Shown: positions 53,729 through 62,861 of the stretch, piece by piece
Layout: each line of letters begins with the position of its first letter
How positions within the stretch are numbered: position 1 is the stretch's first letter
Assembly: GCA_964362175.1 (NCBI GenBank)
Contig: CAYIDD010000001.1
Location: 569-64,568, forward strand
Reading direction: 5' to 3'
Origin: an uncultured Candidatus Saccharibacteria bacterium
GTDB lineage: Bacteria > Patescibacteriota > Minisyncoccia > Phycocordibacterales > UBA2100
Length of the DNA: 64,000 nucleotides
The notes under the pieces: generated by a model
Told to the model about the DNA's origin: nothing
Seen by the model: only the letters and a program-made list of their open reading frames with translations
Database searches by the model: none
Made by a program: the position numbers and the translations under genes

Positions 53729-55568
53729 CCGACTTCGCGAGGTTGCGGGGGCGGTCGGGGTTGTAGCCTTTTTCGCGCGAGAAGTAGTAGGAGAAGAGAT
53801 GCAGCGGGACGATATTCACTATCGGAGAAAGCATCTCCGTTGTCTTTGGCACATAGATAACGTCGTCGGCAAGCTTTGCGATCTCCGTGTCACCTTCTGT
53901 CGCGACAGCAATGACGTGGCCTTTGCGCGCTTTTATCTGCTGAATGTTGGAGAGCATCTTTTCGTATACGCTGTCATCCGTAGCGATCGCGAACGTCGGG
54001 AAGTTCTCATCTATCATCGCGATCGGTCCGTGCTTCATCTCACCGGCACCGCACCCTTCCGCGTGGATGTACGAAAGCTCCTTCAGCTTGAGCGCACCTT
54101 CGTACGCGATAGGCATGTTGTACTTCCTTCCGATGTACAAAAAATCGCGCACGTGCGCATATTTCCTTGCCAATGCCTCGACCTTCTCCCGCTGATCAAG
54201 AATAGATTGTATCTTCTGAGGCAGAGCCTTCAGTTCACGGGCGACCTCTTTCCCCTCGGCCTCGGACATGCCGCGTTGGCGACCGAGAAAGACCGTAAGC
54301 AGTGCCAGAGCGACAAGTTGCGAGATGAATGCTTTGGTGGAGGCAACGCCGATCTCGGGACCCGCATGATTGTAGACACCCGCATCCGTTTCCCGCGCGA
54401 TCGTGCTCCCCACTGTGTTTACGATGCCGAGCGTGAGGGCCCCATGCCGCCTTCCTTCGCGAAGAGCCTCAAGTGTATCTGCGGTCTCGCCGGATTGCGA
54501 TATGCCGAGCACGATGGTGCGCTCGTTGACGACGGGCTTGCGGTAGCGGAATTCGCTTCCAAGTTCCACTTCAACGGGAATGCCTGCGTGCTCTTCGAGC
54601 ATGTACTCCCCTACCAAGCCCGCGTAATACGCCGTGCCACACGCCACGATGATGATGCGGTCAATTTTTTCTAGCTGCTTCGCGACGCTCTCAAGCCCGC
54701 CGAGTTTCGCAAGACCGGTGTGCGGGATAAGCCGACCACGCAGTGTATTTTCCACCACCTCTGGCCCCTCCATTATTTCTTTCAACATGAAATGTTCGTA
54801 GCCTCCCTTCTGCGCCTCTTCCGCAGTCCAGTCAATATCCGTGGTGTCTCGCTTTACCTTTGAAGAATCCAACTTGAAGATCCTGTGCCCGTCGGGCGAA
54901 ATGACAGCGACATCGCCATCCTCGAGAAAAACGACCTTGCGCGTATGCGGCAGGATGGGCGAGGGGTCGGATGCGATAAAGTGCTCACCGTCGCCGAGTC
55001 CCAACACTATGGGAGAACCCATCCGCGCGGCAATGATGCGGTCAGGCTCTTTTTTATACTGCAGCGCAATGCCGTAGGTACCTCGTACCTCGTTGAGAGC
55101 TGCCAATGCTGCCTCTTCAAATGTTTTCTTTTTTCCTCCGGAGGAGGATCCGCCTTCGGCGGACAAGTGCTCCTCCACGAGATGCGCGAGCACCTCCGTG
55201 TCCGTCGACGATTTGAATTCATGACCGGCCTTCTCGAGCTTACGTTTCAATTCCTTAAAATTCTCGATGATGCCGTTGTGCACTACCCAGATCTCGCCCG
55301 TGGAATCGGAGTGCGGATGTGCATTTGCTTCGGTCGGCTCTCCGTGCGTCGCCCATCGAAGGTGCGCGATACCGCTTTTCCCTTCGAAACCTTTCGGCAT
55401 TTTCTTACGCAATTCGGCGACCGCACCGGGGGTGCGCACACTTCCGCTTTCAGGAGTGTAGATACCCGCAGAGTCGTAACCCCGATATTCGAGCGAAAGA
55501 AGCCCATCCAAAAGGATCCCGCCGGCGTCTTTTCCCCTCTTCCCCGTATACGCAAAAATACCGCACAT
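53715..55568 (-). CDS. glmS: glutamine--fructose-6-phosphate aminotransferase
   Basis: N-terminal MCGIFAY Ntn-hydrolase Cys. Two SIS domains. C-terminal ...KSVTVE. Confidence 0.95.
   Translation of the reverse strand: MCGIFAYTGKRGKDAGGILLDGLLSLEYRGYDSAGIYTPESGSVRTPGAVAELRKKMPKGFEGKSGIAHLRWATHGEPTEANAHPHSDSTGEIWVVHNGIIENFKELKRKLEKAGHEFKSSTDTEVLAHLVEEHLSAEGGSSSGGKKKTFEEAALAALNEVRGTYGIALQYKKEPDRIIAARMGSPIVLGLGDGEHFIASDPSPILPHTRKVVFLEDGDVAVISPDGHRIFKLDSSKVKRDTTDIDWTAEEAQKGGYEHFMLKEIMEGPEVVENTLRGRLIPHTGLAKLGGLESVAKQLEKIDRIIIVACGTAYYAGLVGEYMLEEHAGIPVEVELGSEFRYRKPVVNERTIVLGISQSGETADTLEALREGRRHGALTLGIVNTVGSTIARETDAGVYNHAGPEIGVASTKAFISQLVALALLTVFLGRQRGMSEAEGKEVARELKALPQKIQSILDQREKVEALARKYAHVRDFLYIGRKYNMPIAYEGALKLKELSYIHAEGCGAGEMKHGPIAMIDENFPTFAIATDDSVYEKMLSNIQQIKARKGHVIAVATEGDTEIAKLADDVIYVPKTTEMLSPIVNIVPLHLFSYYFSREKGYNPDRPRNLAKSVTVE
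53728..53989. repeat. 262-bp perfect direct repeat, copy B (within intact glmS 3' end)
   Basis: identical to 51332-51593. Confidence 0.9.
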
Positions 55569-55599
55569 CGAGCCACTTTAGCACGTTTGTCCGAAAAAA

Positions 55600-56637
55600 T
55601 TAACGCAGAATAATGTCGGCGATATCCGCGCGAAAGACGTTGATGGCGGAGCGGATGGAGGTTGCGTCAGGAGGACGCTTTGGGTACGTGCGGTTGGAGA
55701 GAATGACGAACGCAATGCCACGCTCAACATCGCATACGACCGATGTGCCGGTAAAACCTGTTTTGCCGAAAGTGTGTGGGCCGCAGCCTGTACCCATGAA
55801 CCACGGTTGATCGAGCTGCCAACCCAAACCTTTTTGCGCCCCCTCAACAACGTTCGGGTATGTACCCTGCAATAGGCTCTCCAAAAAATTCAAAATATCG
55901 GGGGCCGTTGAGAATAATCCTGCGTGGCCCACGGCTCGATGCGCGCGCGCGAAGACGCGCGCGCTTTCGTCGTGCACGATGCCGCGGATCTCTTCCCCCG
56001 CTTCATCGATCTCTGTTGGTGCCACCCGTACTTTATCGCGGGGGAAAAACGTCGTGTCCTTCATACGAAGCGGCCCGAAGAGATCCTCATTCGCAAGAGC
56101 GGGAAGTATCGATCCCCCGACACGCTCGAGAATTATGCCGAGCAAAAATGCCGGAAGATTCGTATACTCGAACTTCCCCGGTGGAGCGTCGAATCCATAT
56201 GAAAAAATATATTCCGATAGTTCCTCTGGTCTTTTATCTTTAAGAGTCGACATCTGTATCCCGTGTACGGCGTAGGTCAACAGGTGCTCGATGGTCGCCC
56301 CATGATCATTCTGTAGCTCGGGGACATATTTCTTCACCGGATCGGAAAGATCGAACTTTCCCTGCTTCAGGAAATTCAGCGCGAGCGAGGCGGTCGGTAT
56401 CGATTTTGTCACCGATGCAAGATCATACATGGTGTCTTCATGTACCGGTATATCCGCTTCGTATATAAAATGTCCGAAGGGCAACACCTCTCGCTCCCCC
56501 GATTTTTTCACGACACCAATAACGCACCCCGGAAATACTTTCTCCGCAATCGCTTTTTCTGCCCGAACCTTGATATCGCTACGCATCCGGATATGCTTCT
56601 TTAATTTCTTTCGCGAGATACGGGTTCCACATAGCAC
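55600..56637 (-). CDS. serine hydrolase (class C beta-lactamase/PBP4-like fold)
   Basis: SVTKS (SxxK) motif. Length and pattern of beta-lactamase-related esterases. Confidence 0.7.
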   Translation of the reverse strand: MLCGTRISRKKLKKHIRMRSDIKVRAEKAIAEKVFPGCVIGVVKKSGEREVLPFGHFIYEADIPVHEDTMYDLASVTKSIPTASLALNFLKQGKFDLSDPVKKYVPELQNDHGATIEHLLTYAVHGIQMSTLKDKRPEELSEYIFSYGFDAPPGKFEYTNLPAFLLGIILERVGGSILPALANEDLFGPLRMKDTTFFPRDKVRVAPTEIDEAGEEIRGIVHDESARVFARAHRAVGHAGLFSTAPDILNFLESLLQGTYPNVVEGAQKGLGWQLDQPWFMGTGCGPHTFGKTGFTGTSVVCDVERGIAFVILSNRTYPKRPPDATSIRSAINVFRADIADIILR

Positions 56638-57649
56638 CGGTGGCGGTCATCACCACATCAGCCCCCGCATCGCGGTACTCTTTAAAATCCGTAGGGATCG
56701 TCACGCCGCCACTACCGAGAATTGCATACTTCATGCCAAATTCTTCCCGCAAACTCTTGAGGCGCCGCACCATGTCGAGCCCCGCCCACTTGACCGCATG
56801 GCCGCAAATGCCGCTCTTTACCCTGTGTGCGCCGGGGAGTGCCTGCGTGCCATCGGGATTCACGACGGGTGCGGGAATGGTATTTATCGCTGCGAACCCG
56901 TCCACCACGCTGCCAACCTCTCTCACCAATTCCCTGAGGGAGGGCTCATCAAAATACGCTATCTTTATGACGAGTTTTGTATCCCCTATTTTGTTTTTTA
57001 TCGCCTCGGATATTACGCGTACCTTGGGCACATCGAAACAGAGGAGTTGCGCAGCGCCTTCATTGGGACATGAAAAATTTGTCTCGACCACCTTTACCCC
57101 CGTATCCTTGATCATCTGCGCCCCCTGCACCCAATCGTCGATATAATCTTCGGGCGAAAATCCTTCCCACTTGGTGCCCTCAAAACTACACATCACCAAT
57201 TGGCCGGGTTTGGCGTACGCGACGCAATCATGTAAGTCCTTTTGCCAAACGTCGGACTCGTACGAGGGATTGCCGAAGGAGTTGGTGATGGAAAGCGGTT
57301 CCCTGTATTCATTGCGAACGACAACGGGCGTATTCGCCATCTCGAGCGTGAGGTCGCCCTTGATATCCGCGCCCAGCACATTGGGCCACTGATTGGACTC
57401 GCGCGCGCGGCTGCGCACGGTCTTGTGTACCGGTACGTCGAATCCCTTATCGAGCGCCGCCTTCACGAATTTTCCGTTCAAAAGCGGTCCTGCAGGAATA
57501 CCGAGGGGATATGAGAGTTTGTGCCCCAGAAGATCAAACCGTGGTTCCCCTGCGGGCAATACCACCCCATCCACAAAATCGTTGAACGGCCCTTGCTCCC
57601 AATTCTCGGCGTAGGTCTTTGCGGGGTCGAAGAATGGTGCTCGCAACAT
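56579..57649 (-). CDS. dihydroorotate dehydrogenase-family TIM-barrel flavoprotein (PyrD/DPD-like)
   Basis: GIPAGPL.., FSCPN, GSGGV motifs. 3' end overlaps the next gene by 59 nt. Confidence 0.6.
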   Translation of the reverse strand: MLRAPFFDPAKTYAENWEQGPFNDFVDGVVLPAGEPRFDLLGHKLSYPLGIPAGPLLNGKFVKAALDKGFDVPVHKTVRSRARESNQWPNVLGADIKGDLTLEMANTPVVVRNEYREPLSITNSFGNPSYESDVWQKDLHDCVAYAKPGQLVMCSFEGTKWEGFSPEDYIDDWVQGAQMIKDTGVKVVETNFSCPNEGAAQLLCFDVPKVRVISEAIKNKIGDTKLVIKIAYFDEPSLRELVREVGSVVDGFAAINTIPAPVVNPDGTQALPGAHRVKSGICGHAVKWAGLDMVRRLKSLREEFGMKYAILGSGGVTIPTDFKEYRDAGADVVMTATGAMWNPYLAKEIKEAYPDA

Positions 57650-57689
57650 GTCTGGAGTATAACGCTCTCAGCCGTGCAACAAAAGCGCA

Positions 57690-58337
57690 CTACGCCGCCT
57701 CCTGAAACTCAACGCGATTCCTGCCCCCCTCCTTCGCTTTGTACAAAGCCGTGTCCGCACGGTCGATCCCCGGTTGGATATCCTCGACACTCGTAACTTG
57801 AGCTACCCCAAAACTCATCGTCACGGGTATGGCCTGTCCATCCCATGGCACCGAAAGTTTTTCTATGCCACTCCGCAATTCCTCGGCCCTCTCTCTCGCC
57901 TGGATCTTATCGCCATCCATGAAGAGGATGATGAACTCTTCTCCTCCCCAGCGCGCAACGATGTCAGTGCCGCGCACACGATCTTTTAGGTATGCCCCCA
58001 TGCTTCGCAAAACCTGGTCTCCCGCAGAATGACCCTTGGTGTCGTTGATGTTTTTGAATTTATCTATGTCCATGAGAACGACCCATGCGGTCCTCACAGG
58101 AGCGTCCCCCTCTCTCTGACTTTTTTCAATGTTGACGAGCTCTTTCTGCATACGATCTTCGAAGGCGCGGCGGTTGGGCAACTCGGTGAGTACGTCGGTC
58201 TCAGCCTTTTCCGCGAGCCCCGCTACTTTTTCCTGAAGTTGCGCGCTTCTCCGCTTGAATATCTGTGCCTCGCGCATCGCCTTGACGGCCTTGGCATCAT
58301 ATTTCCCCCTTCCTCCTTCCATGCTGTCCTCGCTCAT
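57690..58337 (-). CDS. GGDEF-domain diguanylate cyclase (no sensory domain)
   Basis: RWGGEEFIILF active-site motif. N-terminal coiled coil. Start at MSEDSME. Confidence 0.8.
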   Translation of the reverse strand: MSEDSMEGGRGKYDAKAVKAMREAQIFKRRSAQLQEKVAGLAEKAETDVLTELPNRRAFEDRMQKELVNIEKSQREGDAPVRTAWVVLMDIDKFKNINDTKGHSAGDQVLRSMGAYLKDRVRGTDIVARWGGEEFIILFMDGDKIQARERAEELRSGIEKLSVPWDGQAIPVTMSFGVAQVTSVEDIQPGIDRADTALYKAKEGGRNRVEFQEAA

Positions 58338-58359
58338 ACAAAAAAGTGTACCGCAAAAC

Positions 58360-59007
58360 TTACCTCCCCGCACTCGGTACCTTCTCCCACTTATTCGCCT
58401 TCATGTGCCATGCCGCTGGACTGGCCTTTTGTATCTTGTTCCACATCTTTTTTGCCGTTTTCGTGTAAAGTTTGGTATCGCGCACGAATTTCCGCATCTT
58501 TTTCCACTTGGCGGGAAGTTTGTGTCCCTGCTCCTCGTATTCTTTCAACTCGATATCGATATCAAGGTTATCCGCGTCTTTCACGATCTTGGCCTCAATG
58601 GAATCGCGCTCTGCATACTTCATGAGCACATTTTCCAGATCGCCAAGCGTTGTGTCCTCGAAAAGGTCGTGTGCAGCACGCGCCTCGTCGCTCTTTGAAT
58701 ACACTTTGTGGACATATGCCATGTCGGCAGTGCGCGTCTCCGCAATATCGTGCACGAGTGCCATCCGGATAATAGTATTCTCGTCGCCTCTTTTTTCCTC
58801 GCGGGCGATCATGAGCGCGAGGTATATAACACGAACGGTGTGTTCCCAATTGCTGGCGACCGGCACCCCAAGGTGTTGTATCCACGCCCGCGGTATAAAA
58901 CGGGCCGAGCCGATCTCAAACAGAAATTCGAGATCACGGCTTTTTCCGCCGAAGACGGATCCGCCTTCGGCGGACACGTGAGATGATCCTTTCCCGACGG
59001 GATCCAT
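58360..59007 (-). CDS. HD-domain phosphohydrolase (YfbR-like 5'-deoxynucleotidase type)
   Basis: H..LVHDIAE..TAD HD motif. Not an HD-GYP. Confidence 0.65.
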   Translation of the reverse strand: MDPVGKGSSHVSAEGGSVFGGKSRDLEFLFEIGSARFIPRAWIQHLGVPVASNWEHTVRVIYLALMIAREEKRGDENTIIRMALVHDIAETRTADMAYVHKVYSKSDEARAAHDLFEDTTLGDLENVLMKYAERDSIEAKIVKDADNLDIDIELKEYEEQGHKLPAKWKKMRKFVRDTKLYTKTAKKMWNKIQKASPAAWHMKANKWEKVPSAGR

Positions 59008-59027
59008 GCTCGGCAGTATATCCCAAA

Positions 59028-59198
59028 CTACTTCATCCGCACTCCCTTGAATGCGCGGCCTTTCTTGGCGATCTGGTCCATAAATTTGCCCGTCTTCGCG
59101 TCCACCTTGGTCCAGCGCTTGTTGCGCCCGCTCAAGACCTGCGTACGCTTCTTCACTTCCCCTCTGCGTCCATGTCCTTTTGATCCGTTCCTCGCCAT
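59028..59198 (-). CDS. small basic protein (56 aa)
   Basis: MARNGSKGHGRRGEVKKRTQVLSGRNKRWTKVDAKTGKFMDQIAKKGRAFKGVRMK, 20 nt upstream of the HD gene on the same strand. Below the ORF-track cutoff. Confidence 0.3.
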   Translation of the reverse strand: MARNGSKGHGRRGEVKKRTQVLSGRNKRWTKVDAKTGKFMDQIAKKGRAFKGVRMK

Positions 59199-59238
59199 GT
59201 TTGAATTTTATATACCGGTTACATTACGTAAAGCCCAC

Positions 59239-59799
59239 TTATCCACCTGCTTGCCACACGGAAATAGCGGGAAATTGGTGGACGAGGTTGAGGACGTTGA
59301 GCGCGAGGTTATCGCGTATGGAGTAGAGAACGAACAGTTCGAGTCCCACACCGACGGCCACAACGCTCCATACGGGCATGCGCCATGCCATGATGAATCC
59401 GAGCACCATCGCGAGTGTATCCAAAACGGAATTGAGGATGCTATCGCCCGTGTATCCCTGTGCGAGTGCCTGCTCGCGGTAATGTTGTATGACCACTGGC
59501 GTATTTTCGATGATCTCCCACGCGACCTCTATACCGAGGGCCCAAAGGAGCCGCCGCCCAAAGGACATGCGTGGGAAAAAGTACCAGAGCCCGAGATAGA
59601 ACAAAAAACCGTGGATGATATGCGAAGAGGTATACCAATCAGTGAGATGCTGGGAATTTCCCGAACTTAGGACGACGCCCTCCCACACCTTCACGTACCC
59701 GCACTCGCAGATCGCAGGCTGGCCCAGTATGTAGAGGACAACGGCCTGCAGAGCAATGAGGAGAAAGGCAAAGCCGATGTAGGGGCGCATTTCTGCCAT
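59239..59799 (-). CDS. polytopic membrane protein (DUF2585-like)
   Basis: hydrophobic throughout; start taken at MAEMRPY. Confidence 0.45.
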   Translation of the reverse strand: MAEMRPYIGFAFLLIALQAVVLYILGQPAICECGYVKVWEGVVLSSGNSQHLTDWYTSSHIIHGFLFYLGLWYFFPRMSFGRRLLWALGIEVAWEIIENTPVVIQHYREQALAQGYTGDSILNSVLDTLAMVLGFIMAWRMPVWSVVAVGVGLELFVLYSIRDNLALNVLNLVHQFPAISVWQAGG

Positions 59800-59896
59800 G
59801 TACCCCAGTGTACCGCACTGTACCCACACCACCCTTCCCCCGGTATACCAAAGCGCTATACTGATGACAGAATCTTTTATCACTAAAATATTACGT

Positions 59897-60265
59897 ATGG
59901 ACGAACAAATGCAGGGTCAATCGCAAGGACAGCCGCAAGGGGCGCCTCAAATGCATCAGGCGAAACCTGAGCATAAGACGCTCATGGGGGTCTTGGCCTA
60001 TGTCGGCATCCTCATTATCATTCCCTTCCTTATGGCCAAGGACGATCCGTTCGTGAAATTCCACATCAAGCAGGGCCTGTTGCTCGTCATTGTGGAGATC
60101 GCGGTGTGGGTCATCGGTAGCACCATGTGGCAGCTGTGGACCATTCTCAGTCTGGTCAACCTTGCGAGCCTTGTCTTCTCGATCATCGGCATCGTGAATG
60201 TCGTCCAGGGCCAGCAAAAGGAGCTTCCTCTCATAGGCGCGCTCGCCCACAAATTCACGTTCTAG
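59897..60265 (+). CDS. DUF4870-family membrane protein with Gln-rich N-terminus
   Basis: TLMGVLAYVGILIIIPFL...FVKFHIKQGLLL matches the DUF4870 pattern. Confidence 0.5.
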   Translation: MDEQMQGQSQGQPQGAPQMHQAKPEHKTLMGVLAYVGILIIIPFLMAKDDPFVKFHIKQGLLLVIVEIAVWVIGSTMWQLWTILSLVNLASLVFSIIGIVNVVQGQQKELPLIGALAHKFTF

Positions 60266-60271
60266 ACCGGT

Positions 60272-60799
60272 CTAGCCGTACACAACAACGACCCGACGCA
60301 GCTCTGCGCGGGTCGTTGCGTGTTGGGGGATCGCGTGCGCCACGAGAGCCCAAAATTTCTTTCCGTGGTTCATTTCGGCGCAATGGCATAATTCGTGGAC
60401 AATGATGTAGTCCGCGATATGCGGAGATAAAACCGCGATCTTGAAATTGAAACTGAGGCTGCCGCTGCGAGAACAGCTTCCCCAGCGCGTCTTTTGCGCA
60501 CGTATGGAGATTTTCTTGTATGTAAGCCCGTAGATGGAGGCAAAATGTATGCAGCGCGCGCTCGCAAGCGCGAGCGCGCGCTTTTTGAGCATTGGTATGT
60601 CACTTCTCCGTATCCGTATGACCGTGCGCCTCCTCGCCCGCTCAACATGCCGAGATATCCAATCCGAATGCTTCGTGACGAAGCGCTCTATGGCACCGGA
60701 TCCGAAGAAATACGGTGCCGTGACGACGACACGCGCATCAGGATACACGGCGAGGCGCATCGTGCGAGCGCGACTGCTTCGTTTCAACGTATACTCCAT
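60272..60799 (-). CDS. YgjP-like (DUF45/WLM, M48-related) metal-dependent hydrolase
   Basis: HELCHCAEMNHGKKFW (HExxH...NH..FW) motif. Confidence 0.7.
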   Translation of the reverse strand: MEYTLKRSSRARTMRLAVYPDARVVVTAPYFFGSGAIERFVTKHSDWISRHVERARRRTVIRIRRSDIPMLKKRALALASARCIHFASIYGLTYKKISIRAQKTRWGSCSRSGSLSFNFKIAVLSPHIADYIIVHELCHCAEMNHGKKFWALVAHAIPQHATTRAELRRVVVVYG

Positions 60800-61752
60800 G
60801 ACCCTTGGAACGATCCGGAGGAACACTGCGCATTCAGCGCCGTGATGTCGTCTTGCGCGAGCCTCATGTTCTTACCCTGGTTTATCTTGTACATGATCGC
60901 CTCCGGGTCGGCGACATGCTCAACGCCGAGCACGTGCCCCATCTCGTGCGCCAAGACCCGCACCAAAGCACTGCGACTTGAGTACTCGTAGATATCTATC
61001 TTTTGTTTTCCGGCAGAGCTCTCGTAGACGCCCTCCTCAAATTCACCTTGCGCGGCACCTGCCTGATTGTATTGCTCCACGTTCAGATTGAGCTGCACGA
61101 TGAGCTGATTCAATGTCGTCGCGAGTGCGTTCAGGGTCTGGATATTGCTATTGAGCTGCCCCTGCACCATATTCAACTCTTCCACTTCCCTCTGTAGTAC
61201 CGCCTTCTTCTGTTCCAACTGTTCGTACACGCGCGGCGGTGCTCCGCCGCGCGTATTCCACGATGCGACCTCCGCATTGTAGGCAGATTCATGAATTTTA
61301 TATGCGGCGGCATCCCGCTGATACTGCGCTTGCTGCGCCTCCACCAGTGCCGAGAGCGAATCGTATTTCTGCTTAAGCGTATCGTATGTGGACTTGCTTC
61401 TGTCTATCTGTATGCCGACGTCTTGCAGCCGATCGGTCGAGGCTTGCCGCTCGTCATACACGAGATTGACGGTCACGTCGCCTCCCGAGACCGCATACTC
61501 AAAGAGATCTTTGTCTGAGCTCTTCTCCCAGATGCTCTCTGCTTCGACAAGATCTGCAACGAGGCTTTTTTCTGAGATGCCAAAGCGCTTGTCGATGCTG
61601 CCGAGAGAATAGGTTATGGGGGAGCGGCACGGAAAGACTTTGGCTTTGAGCTGGTGCGCGATCACGCGCACTTCCTCCTGATGGAAATAGCCCCAATACC
61701 CCGCCACGCCGAGTGCTGCTACGAGAACAACGATATCTATGGACCGCCGCAT
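60784..61752 (-). CDS. membrane-anchored matrixin-like zinc metalloprotease with long coiled coil
   Basis: N-terminal TM, ~150-aa coiled coil, C-terminal AHEMGHVLGVEH..PEAIMY (HExxHxxGxxH + Met-turn). Confidence 0.6.
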   Translation of the reverse strand: MRRSIDIVVLVAALGVAGYWGYFHQEEVRVIAHQLKAKVFPCRSPITYSLGSIDKRFGISEKSLVADLVEAESIWEKSSDKDLFEYAVSGGDVTVNLVYDERQASTDRLQDVGIQIDRSKSTYDTLKQKYDSLSALVEAQQAQYQRDAAAYKIHESAYNAEVASWNTRGGAPPRVYEQLEQKKAVLQREVEELNMVQGQLNSNIQTLNALATTLNQLIVQLNLNVEQYNQAGAAQGEFEEGVYESSAGKQKIDIYEYSSRSALVRVLAHEMGHVLGVEHVADPEAIMYKINQGKNMRLAQDDITALNAQCSSGSFQGSWSIR

Positions 61753-61764
61753 CGCGTCAGGATA

Positions 61765-62028
61765 TCACCCGCGGTGCACTCTGTTCCATACTGTCGCCAG
61801 AGCGTAGCCTACACAATAGCCGACGATGGTCGTCATAATGACGAGCGTGATGAACGCGGTGACATCGAAGGGACCGATGATAACGGCAACGTGGATCATA
61901 TGCGCCCAGAGAACAAAATCATAGAGCGCCTGCCCCATACCGGTGGCGACCAAGATCGACCAGATTAAATGAAACCCGCCAAAAAGCACTCCGCCTACGA
62001 GCCCTACCTTGCCTGGATTCATGTGCAT
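61765..62028 (-). CDS. small membrane protein (87 aa)
   Basis: three hydrophobic segments. Confidence 0.4.
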   Translation of the reverse strand: MHMNPGKVGLVGGVLFGGFHLIWSILVATGMGQALYDFVLWAHMIHVAVIIGPFDVTAFITLVIMTTIVGYCVGYALATVWNRVHRG

Positions 62029-62065
62029 ACAAAATAGTGTGAACGTATAATGCCTTCAGTATACC

Positions 62066-62103
62066 CCAAAAAAACATGCCACGGCGCGCGAACGCGCCGT
62101 GGC
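62066..62103 (-). terminator. intrinsic terminator (minus strand)
   Basis: gccacggcgcg cgaa cgcgccgtggc, an 11-bp stem followed on the minus strand by AUGUUUUUUUGGGG. Confidence 0.55.
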
Positions 62104-62438
62104 CTTGGTGAGATGGGGGTCTTCCTTCCTAAACTTGGGCCTCAGTCCGTGTCGTGATAAAGATCACGGTCACGCCGCTGCCTCTGTTCTTCCTCCGCGC
62201 TTTCGCGCTGAGCCGCTTCGTGTCCAGCCATCTGCTGGGCGATCTGGATGATCTCATTCTCACCACTTTCCGACTGCACTGGCAAAATTCTCCCCTTTTT
62301 GAACGCATCCTCTCAATTCCAGAACGCCGAGAAAGTCCCCTAGGGGACACTGCTCACACGATCAGGAGCGAGGATGTGTGTGCATTCTAGCAATTTTCTC
62401 CAAATTGTCAAAAAATGCCCCTGTTGATATCCGAAACA

Positions 62439-62618
62439 TTATTTTCTTTTGGGGATCTTGGCACCCGCACGGCGCACCTCGGAGAGGCCGATGGCTATCG
62501 CCTGCTTGCGGCTCACCACCCGTCTTCTGCTTTTCCCCGAGCGCAAAACACCGCGCTTCCACTCGCGCATCACGATACCCACCTTTTTTTGCGCCTTTGC
62601 CCCGTATTTCCGCGCCAT
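62439..62618 (-). CDS. small basic protein (59 aa)
   Basis: MARKYGAKAQKKVGIVMREWKRGVLRSGKSRRRVVSRKQAIAIGLSEVRRAGAKIPKRK. Confidence 0.35.
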   Translation of the reverse strand: MARKYGAKAQKKVGIVMREWKRGVLRSGKSRRRVVSRKQAIAIGLSEVRRAGAKIPKRK

Positions 62619-62861
62619 ACACACGTAATTAACCCGCTAAACCGACGAGACCTTTGAAGAAATCGAGGAAGAGGGTGAGGGCGGAAATGATGAAATTGAC
62701 AAAAAGGGTGAGGAATTGCAGCAAGAACGCCAGCACCGCACCCAATACGACCGTAAGCGCTTCCATCCCAAAATTCTAGCATATTCCCCTTGGGGCCATC
62801 CGACCAATCCCCCATTCAAATGGTTTCCGACCCCTTTCCCTTTGGGAATCTGCAAACTCGT

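Noticed and set aside
62143-62305. Small acidic ORF (~50 aa, GTG/TTG start) on minus strand upstream of the 62066-62103 terminator
   Set aside because: There is a plausible RBS and a downstream terminator, but no ATG start and a very short low-complexity product. Too weak to call as a gene.
62636-62767. 43-aa highly hydrophobic minus-strand peptide (MEALTVVLGAVLAFLLQFLTLFVNFIISALTLFLDFFKGLVGL)
   Set aside because: No convincing RBS or promoter. It could be a small membrane peptide, but the evidence is insufficient.
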